This document shows, in pieces, positions 29,553 through 39,788 of a DNA stretch of 64,000 nucleotides (position 1 is its first letter; every line of letters begins with the position of its first letter). The notes beneath the pieces were generated by a model. The model saw only the letters and a program-made list of their open reading frames with translations. It did no database searches and was not told where the DNA came from. The translations under genes were made by a program, and so were the position numbers. Source of the stretch: Halobacteriovoraceae bacterium (GTDB lineage Bacteria > Bdellovibrionota > Bacteriovoracia > Bacteriovoracales > Bacteriovoracaceae). The stretch spans positions 1,024,001-1,088,000 of the forward strand of contig CAVRCF010000001.1 in assembly GCA_963719505.1 (NCBI GenBank), given 5' to 3'.

Positions 29553-30299
29553 ATGTCTAATGCAATTGAATTCAATCATTTAACAAAAACCTTTGGAGAC
29601 CATACAGTTCTCAATGCTCTAGACTTTAACGTCCATGAAGGAAAGATTACGACGATTTTAGGATTCTCTGGAGCAGGAAAGTCGACTCTTCTTAAACATA
29701 TTTTAGGAATTTATCATCCCACAAGTGGTCAGGTCAAAGTCTTAGGACAAGATCTAACAGAACTCAACGAGGGAGAACTTCGAGAGTTTAGAACAAACTT
29801 TGGTATGGTTTTTCAATATTCCGCTTTATTCGATTCGATGACAAATTTTGATAACGTTGCATTTCCGATGCGGGAATTTACAAAAAAGACAGAAGCTCAA
29901 ATTAAAGAAGATGTTTTATCCTTAATGAAGCAAGTTGGTTTAGATGACCACGCTTGGTATAAACTACCATCAGAAATTTCTGGAGGGATGAGAAAAAGAG
30001 TTGGGCTAGCAAGAGGCTTGGCGCTTAGTCCGAAGGTCATGCTTTATGATGAGCCAACGACTGGACTTGATCCTATTACGACTCATATGGTGGATGACCT
30101 TATTCGAACGACTCATAAAAATGGAGAGAACCTTCCTATGACGTCGGTTATTATCTCCCATGATATTGCAGCAACGTTAAGGATATCTGACTATATTGCT
30201 TTTTTAGAACTAGGACAGGTTGTTGAGCACTCGTCAGTTGAAGACTTCAAACGCTCGACTAATCCGACGATTAGAAAGTTTCTTGAACTTTCCAAATAA
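29553..30299 (+). CDS. mlaF: Mla ABC transporter ATPase
   Basis: GFSGAGKS, ISGGMRKRVGLAR, YDEPTTGLDP. Confidence 0.95.
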   Translation: MSNAIEFNHLTKTFGDHTVLNALDFNVHEGKITTILGFSGAGKSTLLKHILGIYHPTSGQVKVLGQDLTELNEGELREFRTNFGMVFQYSALFDSMTNFDNVAFPMREFTKKTEAQIKEDVLSLMKQVGLDDHAWYKLPSEISGGMRKRVGLARGLALSPKVMLYDEPTTGLDPITTHMVDDLIRTTHKNGENLPMTSVIISHDIAATLRISDYIAFLELGQVVEHSSVEDFKRSTNPTIRKFLELSK

Positions 30300-30404
30300 A
30301 TGACAAGGTGAATGAGAGGAAATCATTACCTAACAAATTTAAAATTTAATTTTATCATCTTTAAGTTACAATAATTCTAACTACTTAAAATTTGAGGATA
30401 CTTT

Positions 30405-31805
30405 TTGAACGAATTAAAAGTTGGATTTTTAACATTAATGGCCATTGGCTCACTCATTGTGGTGTCTTTGCAGATCACATCCAACAAATCGGGTTTTGGA
30501 GACTATGTTCAGTACAAGACTATTCTCGAAGACGCCTCTGGTATTTACGAGAACTCCTCAATTAAAGTGGCTGGTATTGTGGCAGGTAAAATTAAAAAAG
30601 TTGAACTCAACGGATCACAAGCCCTCATAACTTTTGAAGTTCTCGACCAAATTAAAATTACTCAATTCTCCCAATTAAGAATCAAGACCGTTGGATTTCT
30701 GGGGGACAAGTACATTGATATCTTTCTTGGAAATCCTGAAGGGGAGAGGCTAAAAGCTAATAGCTTAGTTTCAGCTAAGCAAGGAGCAGGTTTTGAAGAA
30801 CTTGGAAAAGATGCTTCGGAGATACTAAAAGATGTAAAAGAGATTTCCCGTGCGATTAGAGAATCGATCTATGATAAAGACCAAAATAATATTGCAAAAG
30901 AGATGGTTGAGAATATAAGAGTTTTTACAGCCAATGCTAAAGAAGTCTCTTTATCTTTGAAAAAAATCATTAATGGAAATGAAGATAAGCTCAGTGCGAT
31001 TATAGCTGATTTGAAAAAGGTTTCATCTCAGGTGGCATTTGAAACTGACCGCTATGCCGATGGATCGTTTATGAATGATCTTGAAGGTGTTAAGCCAATT
31101 CTTGCTAACGTGGATAAAGCCGTCGCCGATCTAAAAGAAATCGTTAATGATGTTAAAGAAGGTCGCGGAACTGTAGGTAAACTTCTAAGAGATGACGAAG
31201 TTATCGATCAGGTAAATGAGACTCTCTCAGGCGTCAATAGACTCGTAAACAGAATAAATAACTATAAAACAAATCTAGCCTTATACACGGGTATCAATAG
31301 CGATAACGCAAGTCGTACTGACTTAGATATCGACTTAATCCCAAGTCCGGAGAGATTTTTTAGGTTGGGAGTTGTCTCAAGCGATTATGGTAGAACTATA
31401 ACCGATGAAACAACTACAACCACATCAACTAACGGTGGGCCAGAGACTGTAACAAACGAAAGAGAAACAGTTGATACGGCTTACAAGTTCAACGTTCAAA
31501 TTGGACGAAGAATAAATAACTTTGCCTTTAGAGTTGGTCTTTTTGAGACAACTGGAGGTGTCGCTGTAGATTGGATGACAGAATCTAACGGTTTGAGAGC
31601 AAGTTTAGAAACTTTTGATTTCGATGAAGATCTCGGGGCATTTGTAAGACTCTCTACTGAGTTTAGGATTTGGAATGTCTTCTATGCAAAGATTGCTGGG
31701 GAAGACCTAGCATCAAAAACAGACGGTCAAAGCTATACTGTAAGTGCTGGTCTAAGATTTAATGACGAAGATTTAGCAGCCCTTCTTGGATTGGCGGTTA
31801 ACTGA
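30405..31805 (+). CDS. mlaD: Long MlaD/MCE protein with helical stalk and C-terminal beta-barrel-like domain
   Basis: NELKVGF transmembrane segment, MCE domain (IKVAGIVAGKI, GFLGDKYI), GTVGKLL, alternating beta-strand C-terminus. Confidence 0.88.
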   Translation: MNELKVGFLTLMAIGSLIVVSLQITSNKSGFGDYVQYKTILEDASGIYENSSIKVAGIVAGKIKKVELNGSQALITFEVLDQIKITQFSQLRIKTVGFLGDKYIDIFLGNPEGERLKANSLVSAKQGAGFEELGKDASEILKDVKEISRAIRESIYDKDQNNIAKEMVENIRVFTANAKEVSLSLKKIINGNEDKLSAIIADLKKVSSQVAFETDRYADGSFMNDLEGVKPILANVDKAVADLKEIVNDVKEGRGTVGKLLRDDEVIDQVNETLSGVNRLVNRINNYKTNLALYTGINSDNASRTDLDIDLIPSPERFFRLGVVSSDYGRTITDETTTTTSTNGGPETVTNERETVDTAYKFNVQIGRRINNFAFRVGLFETTGGVAVDWMTESNGLRASLETFDFDEDLGAFVRLSTEFRIWNVFYAKIAGEDLASKTDGQSYTVSAGLRFNDEDLAALLGLAVN

Positions 31806-33631
31806 TGGATAAAGTTTGGCTTATAAGAACAACATCTAATCAGCTACTCGGTCCTGTTTCGATCAAAAAAATTAGAGAACTTTTAGAAAAAGGTTCTTTA
31901 AAAGCTGAAGACGAGATTAGTTGCGGAAATGGCTACTGGTTTTTTGTCAGAGAAAAAGAACTCGTTGAGAAATACATTAACAATGAAATACCCCAAGGTT
32001 TTAATCCTGTAGCGGAAGCGGATTCCGTTTTAACTGCTTTGCCTCAGGAAATAGGATCAATTGAAAATCCAATCATTCCAACAGAAGATGATTTAGCTTT
32101 TCCCGAAGATGATGAAAAAGAACTCATTTTAGAGGAACTAAAGCTCTCCGCTGATACACTTAGTGACGATCCCATAGTAGAACAGGAAGCCTCTGTTCAG
32201 CATGAAAAAGAACAAGTTAAACCTCTCAATAGAAAAACAATGAAGCCTTTGACAGAAAAAGAGCCCGTGGCTCAAGTCAAATCTTCTTTTTTTAACCAAA
32301 ACCTCCTTCTCTTTTTAGCCGTTATTCTTTTCATTTTAGCATTGGCAGGATTTTATTTTAGGAAGAGACTTGTTAAAGAGTTTATTGAAACAAATATCCA
32401 TATTATCACTCCTGGCTATGCCCAAGTTATCCCAGAGCAAGTAAAAAAAAAACTTAACTATCTAGATCGATTCTCTTTTGGACCATTTCAGATTCAAGGC
32501 TATAATACGATCTCAGGTTTTAATCTGGTTTCTTCAAAAGATTTTCAAATTGAAAACTGTGATCTTTTAAAATCAAAGTCCTTTATCGCAGGTCTTATTC
32601 TTGTTGATAATTTGAGCTCATCTGAAAAAGAATTCATCAATAAATGCTCGATCATCATATCGAAAAAACAGGTAAAAATTGACGATGTTCTCTACCCTGT
32701 TGATGAGGAGAGTTTGAAGAGAATCAAAGTCATTAGTTCAAAAGTATTTAAAAGAAAAGAAACTGATATAGAACTTTTAGCGACATTTCGAAATATAAAA
32801 GATAGCGACAATAAAATAGAAATAAAAAAAATAGTTGATCATTTTGAAAGGTCTCCTCGACTCTTTTCAAAAATGGCCCTTCTTTCTATCTTCAATGCTC
32901 TCAATTTACAGGGAAAAGTGAATTCAATTATAACGTCAATTTTGTCGACAGAGTACTCCGATCACTTCTACGCTGAAGAATATTCATTGCAGCTCAACAG
33001 AAAACTCTCTCTGTTAACATTTGAAATTTTAGAGGAACTGAAGGAAAATTATAATAATACTTTGCAGTTTGACTCCTTAACTGCTTATTTAAGTATTCAT
33101 CTTGAGGAGTATCTCAGAGATCTTATAACGGAGGAGTTTACCATCCCGAATAGACTCTCTTACGTTAAAGAGAAGACGCAGTCTTTTAATAATGCGAAGA
33201 GGTTTCCCTTTGCTTGGACCTTTTGGATTGAAAAATATAGTTCGGAAAAAGAATTGTTAAAATTTATGGATGAGGCTTTGGCTTATGAGAGACTAACAAG
33301 TGAGCAAAACCTCTTAACTACTTTTTACTCAGCCTTTCCAAAAGAAGAAGCGAAGAGACAAAAGTTGAGTGATGCTTTAAAAGTCCTAAGGCAATCAAAA
33401 GAGCTCGTAAGGAGAGAAAGAGCAGTTCGTTCTTTGGAGAATGAAGCTTTCTACAACTACCTCATATCTAAAGGAGAAGTTGATCTTAAAGCTCTCTTCG
33501 TTGAAAGGAAAAATATATACAATCAAAGCTTAAAGGATGAAAAAGCTATTCTTTATAGCATCTTTAATCTTTTGAAACTTGGAAAATTTGAAGATGAATA
33601 CCTAATTTACCTTTATGCATCTCGACTATAA
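31805..33631 (+). CDS. Membrane protein with N-terminal GYF_2-like domain
   Basis: WLIR...LGPVS...L...G.L...DEI...W pattern, acidic linker, single transmembrane helix, helical C-terminus. Confidence 0.6.
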   Translation: MDKVWLIRTTSNQLLGPVSIKKIRELLEKGSLKAEDEISCGNGYWFFVREKELVEKYINNEIPQGFNPVAEADSVLTALPQEIGSIENPIIPTEDDLAFPEDDEKELILEELKLSADTLSDDPIVEQEASVQHEKEQVKPLNRKTMKPLTEKEPVAQVKSSFFNQNLLLFLAVILFILALAGFYFRKRLVKEFIETNIHIITPGYAQVIPEQVKKKLNYLDRFSFGPFQIQGYNTISGFNLVSSKDFQIENCDLLKSKSFIAGLILVDNLSSSEKEFINKCSIIISKKQVKIDDVLYPVDEESLKRIKVISSKVFKRKETDIELLATFRNIKDSDNKIEIKKIVDHFERSPRLFSKMALLSIFNALNLQGKVNSIITSILSTEYSDHFYAEEYSLQLNRKLSLLTFEILEELKENYNNTLQFDSLTAYLSIHLEEYLRDLITEEFTIPNRLSYVKEKTQSFNNAKRFPFAWTFWIEKYSSEKELLKFMDEALAYERLTSEQNLLTTFYSAFPKEEAKRQKLSDALKVLRQSKELVRRERAVRSLENEAFYNYLISKGEVDLKALFVERKNIYNQSLKDEKAILYSIFNLLKLGKFEDEYLIYLYASRL

Positions 33632-34178
33632 ACAACCAGATTTTTATCACTTTAGTGAAGACAGTCCTAGGCTAGCGAAAGTTGCAGCTTCCATTGAGGG
33701 AGTGCATGCAACGGTTTTAGATCTATGCGCGGGTTGTGGTGTCGTGGGTATTGAATATTGGAACTTGAAAAAGCGGATAGATGAGATTTACTTTTTAGAG
33801 CGACAATCTGAATACAAAGACTCTTTAGAGCAAAATATAAAACAAATCTCAAATACATCGGTTCAATGCAGCTATCAGCATTTTCAAGAAATTACTTTAG
33901 ATCGCAAATTTGATGTGATTCTTTGTAATCCCCCTTTTTTTGCTCTAGAAGCATCAAGACCATCAGAAAACTCAAAAAGAAATCTTTGTCGATTAATGCC
34001 TAAAGCACAGATGGTAGAACTGTTAATTTTTGTAAGGGAAAGCTTGTCGCGACTTGGTAGAGCTTATTTAGTGTTGCCTCTAAACAGTCGTCAATGGGAC
34101 GAAGCCCTTAGACAAAGCAACCTTAATAAAAGAGTTATCGAGACAAATGATGCGACTTATATTGTGGAATTAGTTTAG
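33615..34178 (+). CDS. SAM-dependent N6-adenine methyltransferase (TrmN6/YfiC-like)
   Basis: YKQP..YHFSEDS, LDLCAGCGVVG, CNPPFF. Confidence 0.75.
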   Translation: MHLDYKQPDFYHFSEDSPRLAKVAASIEGVHATVLDLCAGCGVVGIEYWNLKKRIDEIYFLERQSEYKDSLEQNIKQISNTSVQCSYQHFQEITLDRKFDVILCNPPFFALEASRPSENSKRNLCRLMPKAQMVELLIFVRESLSRLGRAYLVLPLNSRQWDEALRQSNLNKRVIETNDATYIVELV

Positions 34179-34709
34179 GGCAATATTTATTAAAAGATTT
34201 CTAATCTCTTCGTCTTCAACATCGGCGAACATCTCTTCGAGTTGTCTTTTTCTAGCTCTAAATTTGGGATCAAAAGGATGGGGCTGCTCTTTTACCGGTT
34301 TGGTCTCTCTATTTTTATCAACTTTAATTTTATTAAATTCCTCTGAAGAAAAATTACCAGAAGAAAAACTAATCTTTTTTATTTGTCCTTTGAAGTAAGG
34401 AAAAGCCTCTTCAATCTTTTGAATAATCATTTGACTCATAAGACTTAACTCTTGAGAGAAAATAGAATGTTTCGTAAGGATGTAGAGAGTCGATCTTTTG
34501 ATTTTTAAAGGTATGGTATTATCAGCTAACATTTTGCCAACAATGGTTTCCCATTTATTAACCAAATGAATAAAGTCGAATAAGTTTGCCTGTCGAGAAT
34601 AGTAACCCTTTTGCGCTCTTTTTTTTCTGATAGAGTTCTCAGATATATAGAGTTCTTCATCCGAGTTGGACGAAGAGAGAATTTCAGCGAGACTTTTTAT
34701 ATTTTTCAC
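34170..34709 (-). CDS. dciA: DciA/DUF721 family protein
   Basis: 'WETIVGKMLADNTIPLKIKRSTLYI...FSQELSL...IIQKI'. Confidence 0.75.
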   Translation of the reverse strand: MKNIKSLAEILSSSNSDEELYISENSIRKKRAQKGYYSRQANLFDFIHLVNKWETIVGKMLADNTIPLKIKRSTLYILTKHSIFSQELSLMSQMIIQKIEEAFPYFKGQIKKISFSSGNFSSEEFNKIKVDKNRETKPVKEQPHPFDPKFRARKRQLEEMFADVEDEEIRNLLINIALN

Positions 34710-34800
34710 TCACATTATTTAGCATAGTTATTGGGTTTTTGCGAAGTGTTAATTTTATTATTTTTCTTGTCTGAGCCCCATAGATTGGATACCTATTAGT

Positions 34801-35442
34801 ATGTTAAAAATCTTATACTTTTCTATGTTCCTGATCGCATCTTGTGCAGGGTATCGTCTACAGGGCACTGATAACCCTTTTCAGCAGTACAATATTAACT
34901 CCATTGCAATTCCAATGTTTTATAATCAAAGCACTATTTCTGGAGCCACACCTTTATTTACAAAAGAGATATACCGAATGATTTCAGGCTTTGATAACTT
35001 AAAAATCAAGTCAGCGGGTGCGGACGCAACCTTGATTGGGATTCTTATGTCTGATGAAAGGATAATAGAGACAATCGCGCCTGGAGCACCTAGGAGTGTG
35101 GAAAATATAGTCGATCCTGCCATTGCAGAAAATAGAGGAGAGTTTTATATTCCCTCAAACTCTACGGTGAATCTTGCATTGAAAATCATCGTGATAAAGC
35201 AGCCAACTGAAGAAGAGATAAAGTTCTTACGTTCAAAAGCTTCAGATCAAGAATTTGTTAGCTCAAAAATTATCTTTAGCGAAAAAATAGATTTAACGAA
35301 TACCTTTACCAGAGAGCTTTATAATAACGAATCTTCGAGTGTTATTCATACTCAGAATAGAGGTTCTCTTAGGAAGTCTCTTATTACCATGTCAAAAACA
35401 GCTGCTGAAACTTTTCGGGAGATGATTTTATATGCTTTCTAA
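34801..35442 (+). CDS. lptE: LptE-like lipoprotein
   Basis: Lipobox IASC followed by AGYRL; IAIPMFYNQS; upstream of holA. Confidence 0.7.
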   Translation: MLKILYFSMFLIASCAGYRLQGTDNPFQQYNINSIAIPMFYNQSTISGATPLFTKEIYRMISGFDNLKIKSAGADATLIGILMSDERIIETIAPGAPRSVENIVDPAIAENRGEFYIPSNSTVNLALKIIVIKQPTEEEIKFLRSKASDQEFVSSKIIFSEKIDLTNTFTRELYNNESSSVIHTQNRGSLRKSLITMSKTAAETFREMILYAF

Positions 35443-36364
35443 GTGGAAAATTTGGGACTTTGCTAAAAGTACTGTCGCTACGAATTTAGAAACGGGTCTT
35501 CATGCTATTTATTGTTATGATACATTCCTAAATAGTCAGGTTAAGACATACGTGTCTAAAAAAATTGAATTAGCAACTTTAGATGCTCCTAGTATAACAA
35601 CATCTTGGATTGATGATAATTTTAAAAGCTTAGGTTTGTTTGGCAATACTGATTCTTTCTGTATTAACTTCGCCGATAGACTTTCTGCGGACGTTAAAGA
35701 GTCTCTTTTATCAGATGAACTGATGTTAGAAGATCGCCATCTTATCTTGATCTTTGATAAGTACGACGATTTTTTCAAAAAACTAACAGGAAAAGATAGT
35801 GTCCATGGAGTCAAAATAGATGCACCGGCATTTTGGGAAAATGATAAACTCTTAGAGTACGTAGCCGCAAAAGAAGGGGTTCAGTTAAGCTTCTCGGCAA
35901 AACAGACAATTATGGAGTTTGTTGAATCAAATATTGGATCCTATTTTAATATTATTAATAAGCTTAAGGTTAATTACGAAAAAGAGACAATAACCGATCA
36001 AATGCTTGATCTTGTGATCGATCGAGATAGGTTAGATTCATTTGAAATGGCTTCTCTTTTTGGGTTTAAAAAAATGGCCAACTTCTACAAGAGGCTATTG
36101 GATATTGATCCTGACTTCGAAACCTTAAGGTCTCTCTTTTACTTTTTACAAACACATATGGCCAAAATCTCAGACCCTCGATATATCGAAAAGAAGAGTA
36201 AGCCCTCAAAATATGATAAACAGATCCTCTCGCAGGCAAAAGTTTGGAAAGAAGGGGAACTCGTTTTAGTCATGGATTTTCTAAGGAAACTGGAATTGAA
36301 AGCGAAAACCAAAAACAACTTTCTAAAGAGCGATTTACGATCTGCCTACTATCGCTCGCTTTAA
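35432..36364 (+). CDS. holA: DNA polymerase III delta subunit (divergent)
   Basis: 'SLGLFG' motif, size, and lptE-holA synteny. Confidence 0.7.
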   Translation: MLSKWKIWDFAKSTVATNLETGLHAIYCYDTFLNSQVKTYVSKKIELATLDAPSITTSWIDDNFKSLGLFGNTDSFCINFADRLSADVKESLLSDELMLEDRHLILIFDKYDDFFKKLTGKDSVHGVKIDAPAFWENDKLLEYVAAKEGVQLSFSAKQTIMEFVESNIGSYFNIINKLKVNYEKETITDQMLDLVIDRDRLDSFEMASLFGFKKMANFYKRLLDIDPDFETLRSLFYFLQTHMAKISDPRYIEKKSKPSKYDKQILSQAKVWKEGELVLVMDFLRKLELKAKTKNNFLKSDLRSAYYRSL

Positions 36365-36367
36365 AAC

Positions 36368-37696
36368 TGTGTTGTTTCTGGGCAATTATGTCCGGTTAAT
36401 TTCTGAGCGATTATGTCCTATCAGACTTTAAGCGCTTTTTCTGTGTTTCGACTTATCACCATAGTCACTTAATCTTTTCCTATTACTAACTTTACATTGA
36501 ACTTTTCTGCCCATCACATCGAAGCTGTAGCTTCCATCAAGGTGAATATTTATATTGATTTCTCGTCCATAGAAACACCTTTTTTCATCCAACACCCAAG
36601 TCACATTCTCCCAACTAAATACATTTCCAACCATAATTTTTCGCCTAATCTTTTTACAAAATATAATATCTAGGTCTCCAAAAACATTTTTTCTCCAGGC
36701 TTTTTCTTCTTCTTCTTCGGCTTTGACTGAGAATTGAAAATTGTATGCAGGAATAAAAATCTCTTTTAAGTAATAATTGGCTTCTTCAATATTTGTTATG
36801 TGATTAAATTCTAACTCCGCTACCAGTCTGTCTTGGAATGTTCTCCAGAGTCTCTCTATTCTTCCCTTTGCTTGAGAAGAACCTGCTAAGATTAATTGAA
36901 TTCCTGTTTGATCAAATGCTCTCGAAATTTGTGATTCCCACTCGCGCTCTTTCTTACCATAAATACCTGCTTGGTCCATATAGAAACTTTCTGGCAATCC
37001 ATAGTTATCAACGATCTCCCTAATCACCTTCAGAGAGTTATTTGACGTCTCTCCATAGAAAAATTCAGCACCAACAACAATCCCGGTAGCATCATCAATT
37101 CCTCCAATCAAATCAGTTCTTTCATCACCGAACCAAGTATGATCACTTCCATCAAACTGAATCATCATCCCTTCTTTTGGAAGTCTTGCTCTTGGTTTAT
37201 GGCACCGTCTTCCTCTTCGTTTAGGATGTTTTACAAGGCAATGTTTCCTAGCAATTGAGTGAAGTGCATCTTTTTTGATTTTAATTTCCTCATACTCTTC
37301 TATCTTTTCTCGAAAATGAGTTAGATTAAAGTTTCGATATTGATTTTTTAGAAGAGAGACTATTTTTTCTTCAACTTCGAATGGAGTTTTATTGTGAGGA
37401 GTTCGATTAATGTTTCCATGTAAGACACCAATCGAACCCTTGGCCTTAACTTTATTGATAATTCTCTGAGATTGTCGATACGATTTTCCAATCTGTTCAG
37501 AGAAGGAAATTATAGTTAACTTACCTTCAATAACATCCATGGCCAGGCGATACTGCTTCAATTCTTTTTGTGACATAGTGACTTTTCCCATTCAATTCCC
37601 CTAATAACTGATTGGAATCAGGGTACATAAATATTATTGAATAGGACATAATCGCTGAGAAATAAGGATAGGACATAATCGTCTAGTTTCTATACA
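36368..37696 (-). mobile_element. IS1202-like (ISNCY) insertion sequence, 1329 bp
   Basis: TGT...ACA ends, 26-bp imperfect IR (18/26), two subterminal ATTATGTCC boxes per end, one DDE transposase. Confidence 0.85.
36428..37591 (-). CDS. IS1202/ISNCY family DDE transposase
   Basis: QFDGSDHTW, IDDATG, YMDQAG, AKGRIERLWRTFQDRL. Confidence 0.92.
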   Translation of the reverse strand: MGKVTMSQKELKQYRLAMDVIEGKLTIISFSEQIGKSYRQSQRIINKVKAKGSIGVLHGNINRTPHNKTPFEVEEKIVSLLKNQYRNFNLTHFREKIEEYEEIKIKKDALHSIARKHCLVKHPKRRGRRCHKPRARLPKEGMMIQFDGSDHTWFGDERTDLIGGIDDATGIVVGAEFFYGETSNNSLKVIREIVDNYGLPESFYMDQAGIYGKKEREWESQISRAFDQTGIQLILAGSSQAKGRIERLWRTFQDRLVAELEFNHITNIEEANYYLKEIFIPAYNFQFSVKAEEEEEKAWRKNVFGDLDIIFCKKIRRKIMVGNVFSWENVTWVLDEKRCFYGREININIHLDGSYSFDVMGRKVQCKVSNRKRLSDYGDKSKHRKSA

Positions 37697-37764
37697 GCTC
37701 TATCTATACTTCTTACAGATTCACCCTTATTACCCTCCTTATTACAGGTGGTTGGCCTTAATCT

Positions 37765-37782
37765 TTTGGCATTGAGCTTGCT
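37765..37782 (+). promoter_or_regulatory. Putative sigma54 -24/-12 promoter
   Basis: TTTGGCATTGAGCTTGCT has exact GG-N10-GC spacing, about 25 nt upstream of ATG 37806 with a GGAG RBS. Confidence 0.7.
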
Positions 37783-37805
37783 TCTATATAGGGGTGGAGA
37801 GATTT

Positions 37806-39788
37806 ATGATGAAAATGATATTAGGAATTTTACTTTTAGTTAGCCAGTCCGTCTGGGCGAAGCACACAGCCGTAAACATCACGGCTAATGGACTGGGAAA
37901 TATTCTAGGAAAGGTTGTCTCCTCTTATCATGAGTCTCAAGGGACTCGATCTTTAACTTATTCACAAAAAACCGTATTTGAAAAAATTCCAGCAAGTGCT
38001 TTTAATGATAATAAGGTGATAAAAGCAATCAATGAATTCGTACCATTGAATCAAAGAGAAGACTTTGTCTTTTACATAGATACTTCTCCTATTAAAATTG
38101 ATGGAAATATTCTTGAAAATTCTTTGAGAGTTTCAACAAAGGGAACTCATAAAAACTTTGATATTGGCATTAAGGTTTCAGTGGATGGTTTAAATATTCA
38201 TGGAAGTTCAATTGAACTTTGTGAGTTAAAAAAATGGAAGTGTGATAGAGAAAAAAATCTCTATGGGAAAATAAAAAATTATTCTATATCGACAAGAGAT
38301 AAATTGGATCTTGCCGCAGTGCTAACAGTAAATGTCGTGAATGGAAAAACAAATATTAAGTTCAAAGAGATGTATTCAAACCTTAAAGCTCCTCGAACAT
38401 CGACAGAGCAATATGTGTATAACCAACTTGGAATCTCTAAAACTCCTGTTCGGTTAAATATTAATTTTTCTGACTTTGAGCTTCCACCGCTGAAACTAAC
38501 AATTGACGGTGAAGAGCTAAGAACAGACCTTACAAAACTCAAAGGTGCAATCCTTGCTCAGAAAAATTCCCTCGGTGCCTCTCTCGCTCTTTTCGCTGGA
38601 GAATTCATTGCAAAAGATTTAGTAAGTCTTATTAATAAAGAAGTCATGGATCCAGCTGATAATATTAAATCAAAATTCGCAATACTTGATTACGAGAGAG
38701 AACTTGAAGACCTTCGTAGTCAAATCGGTCAAATGTTTAATACCAATGCTCGTCCTATTAATTTCAATTCTAATATGACAATGATGGACAAGGTTAAAGC
38801 GATTTTAAAAGCTGTCATCAGTTCTGCAAAATACGACTTAGAGTTCTCAGGTGCGAAAGCGACTCAGATGAAAAACTTAAGTCTTCAATTTAAGAATTCA
38901 TTTTCTCTTAATGGAAGGAAATGGAATTTAGGTGAATCTTTAAGAAATGGAAAAGGAAAACTTTCAGAAATCGATTTTAGTAAGCTCAAAGATAAAAATT
39001 ACGACTTTGCTGTCGCAATCAGTGAACCCGTTTTAAACGGTGCTCTAGATGCTCTTAATAAAACGAATGTTGTTCAACGCATTGTCAAAGATGCTGCTGA
39101 TATGAAGGGCATCTATGTGAAGAAAATTCACCTTCATCTCGAAGGTGGAGGGACGAGAACGATTAAGGTTCGAGACCGTTCAAACTATACAACGACTCAG
39201 TATCCAACTATTGCAGCAGATAATACAAGAGTTGTTAGACCTAGAAACTATGAATTAGAAAGGGCTTCTAACTCATTTGAAAGACCAAGTTATGACGATG
39301 GTTTTAAAGAAATTCAAGTGACTTCCAAAGGCGAGATCGTTTTAGTAGCAGAAGTAGAAATTAAACTAAGCGAACTTCCGACTGATGGTATTGGCAATTA
39401 TATTAGCAATGGAATTGGATCAATGGTTGAGGGAGGAAGCATTTGGTTTCCACTTGAGATCAGCTTTGTTCCAAGATTAGTGAAAAGAGATGGAAAAATG
39501 TTTATCTCCTTCAAAGCGAGTAACCCTATTCAAGGAAAGACTCTTAGAAATACTTACGGTTATCCATATAAAGAGATGTGGAGCAAAGTGGAAAATTCAG
39601 TTCTTGGCACTTTAGAAGAGGACCTTCTTCCAGAGCTAGAGTCACTTCCAGAAATAGAAATCACAAGTTTCCTTGACGTCGACGGATTAAAGTTAACACC
39701 AAAGAATATTTATGTTGAGAAATCTGGGCATATCATTATTACAACAGATATAGAGAGATTGAATCTAAAAACATTGGGGAGTAAATAG
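37806..39788 (+). CDS. Secreted protein, possible BPI/LBP (TULIP)-like fold
   Basis: Signal peptide ending VWA; AVNITANGLGNI and FAVAISEPVLNGAL patterns. Confidence 0.55.
   Translation: MMKMILGILLLVSQSVWAKHTAVNITANGLGNILGKVVSSYHESQGTRSLTYSQKTVFEKIPASAFNDNKVIKAINEFVPLNQREDFVFYIDTSPIKIDGNILENSLRVSTKGTHKNFDIGIKVSVDGLNIHGSSIELCELKKWKCDREKNLYGKIKNYSISTRDKLDLAAVLTVNVVNGKTNIKFKEMYSNLKAPRTSTEQYVYNQLGISKTPVRLNINFSDFELPPLKLTIDGEELRTDLTKLKGAILAQKNSLGASLALFAGEFIAKDLVSLINKEVMDPADNIKSKFAILDYERELEDLRSQIGQMFNTNARPINFNSNMTMMDKVKAILKAVISSAKYDLEFSGAKATQMKNLSLQFKNSFSLNGRKWNLGESLRNGKGKLSEIDFSKLKDKNYDFAVAISEPVLNGALDALNKTNVVQRIVKDAADMKGIYVKKIHLHLEGGGTRTIKVRDRSNYTTTQYPTIAADNTRVVRPRNYELERASNSFERPSYDDGFKEIQVTSKGEIVLVAEVEIKLSELPTDGIGNYISNGIGSMVEGGSIWFPLEISFVPRLVKRDGKMFISFKASNPIQGKTLRNTYGYPYKEMWSKVENSVLGTLEEDLLPELESLPEIEITSFLDVDGLKLTPKNIYVEKSGHIIITTDIERLNLKTLGSK

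Noticed and set aside
36354-37710. Target-site duplication for the IS (GCTCGCTTTAAAAC vs GCTCTATCTATACT)
   Set aside because: Only the first 4 nt and scattered bases match.
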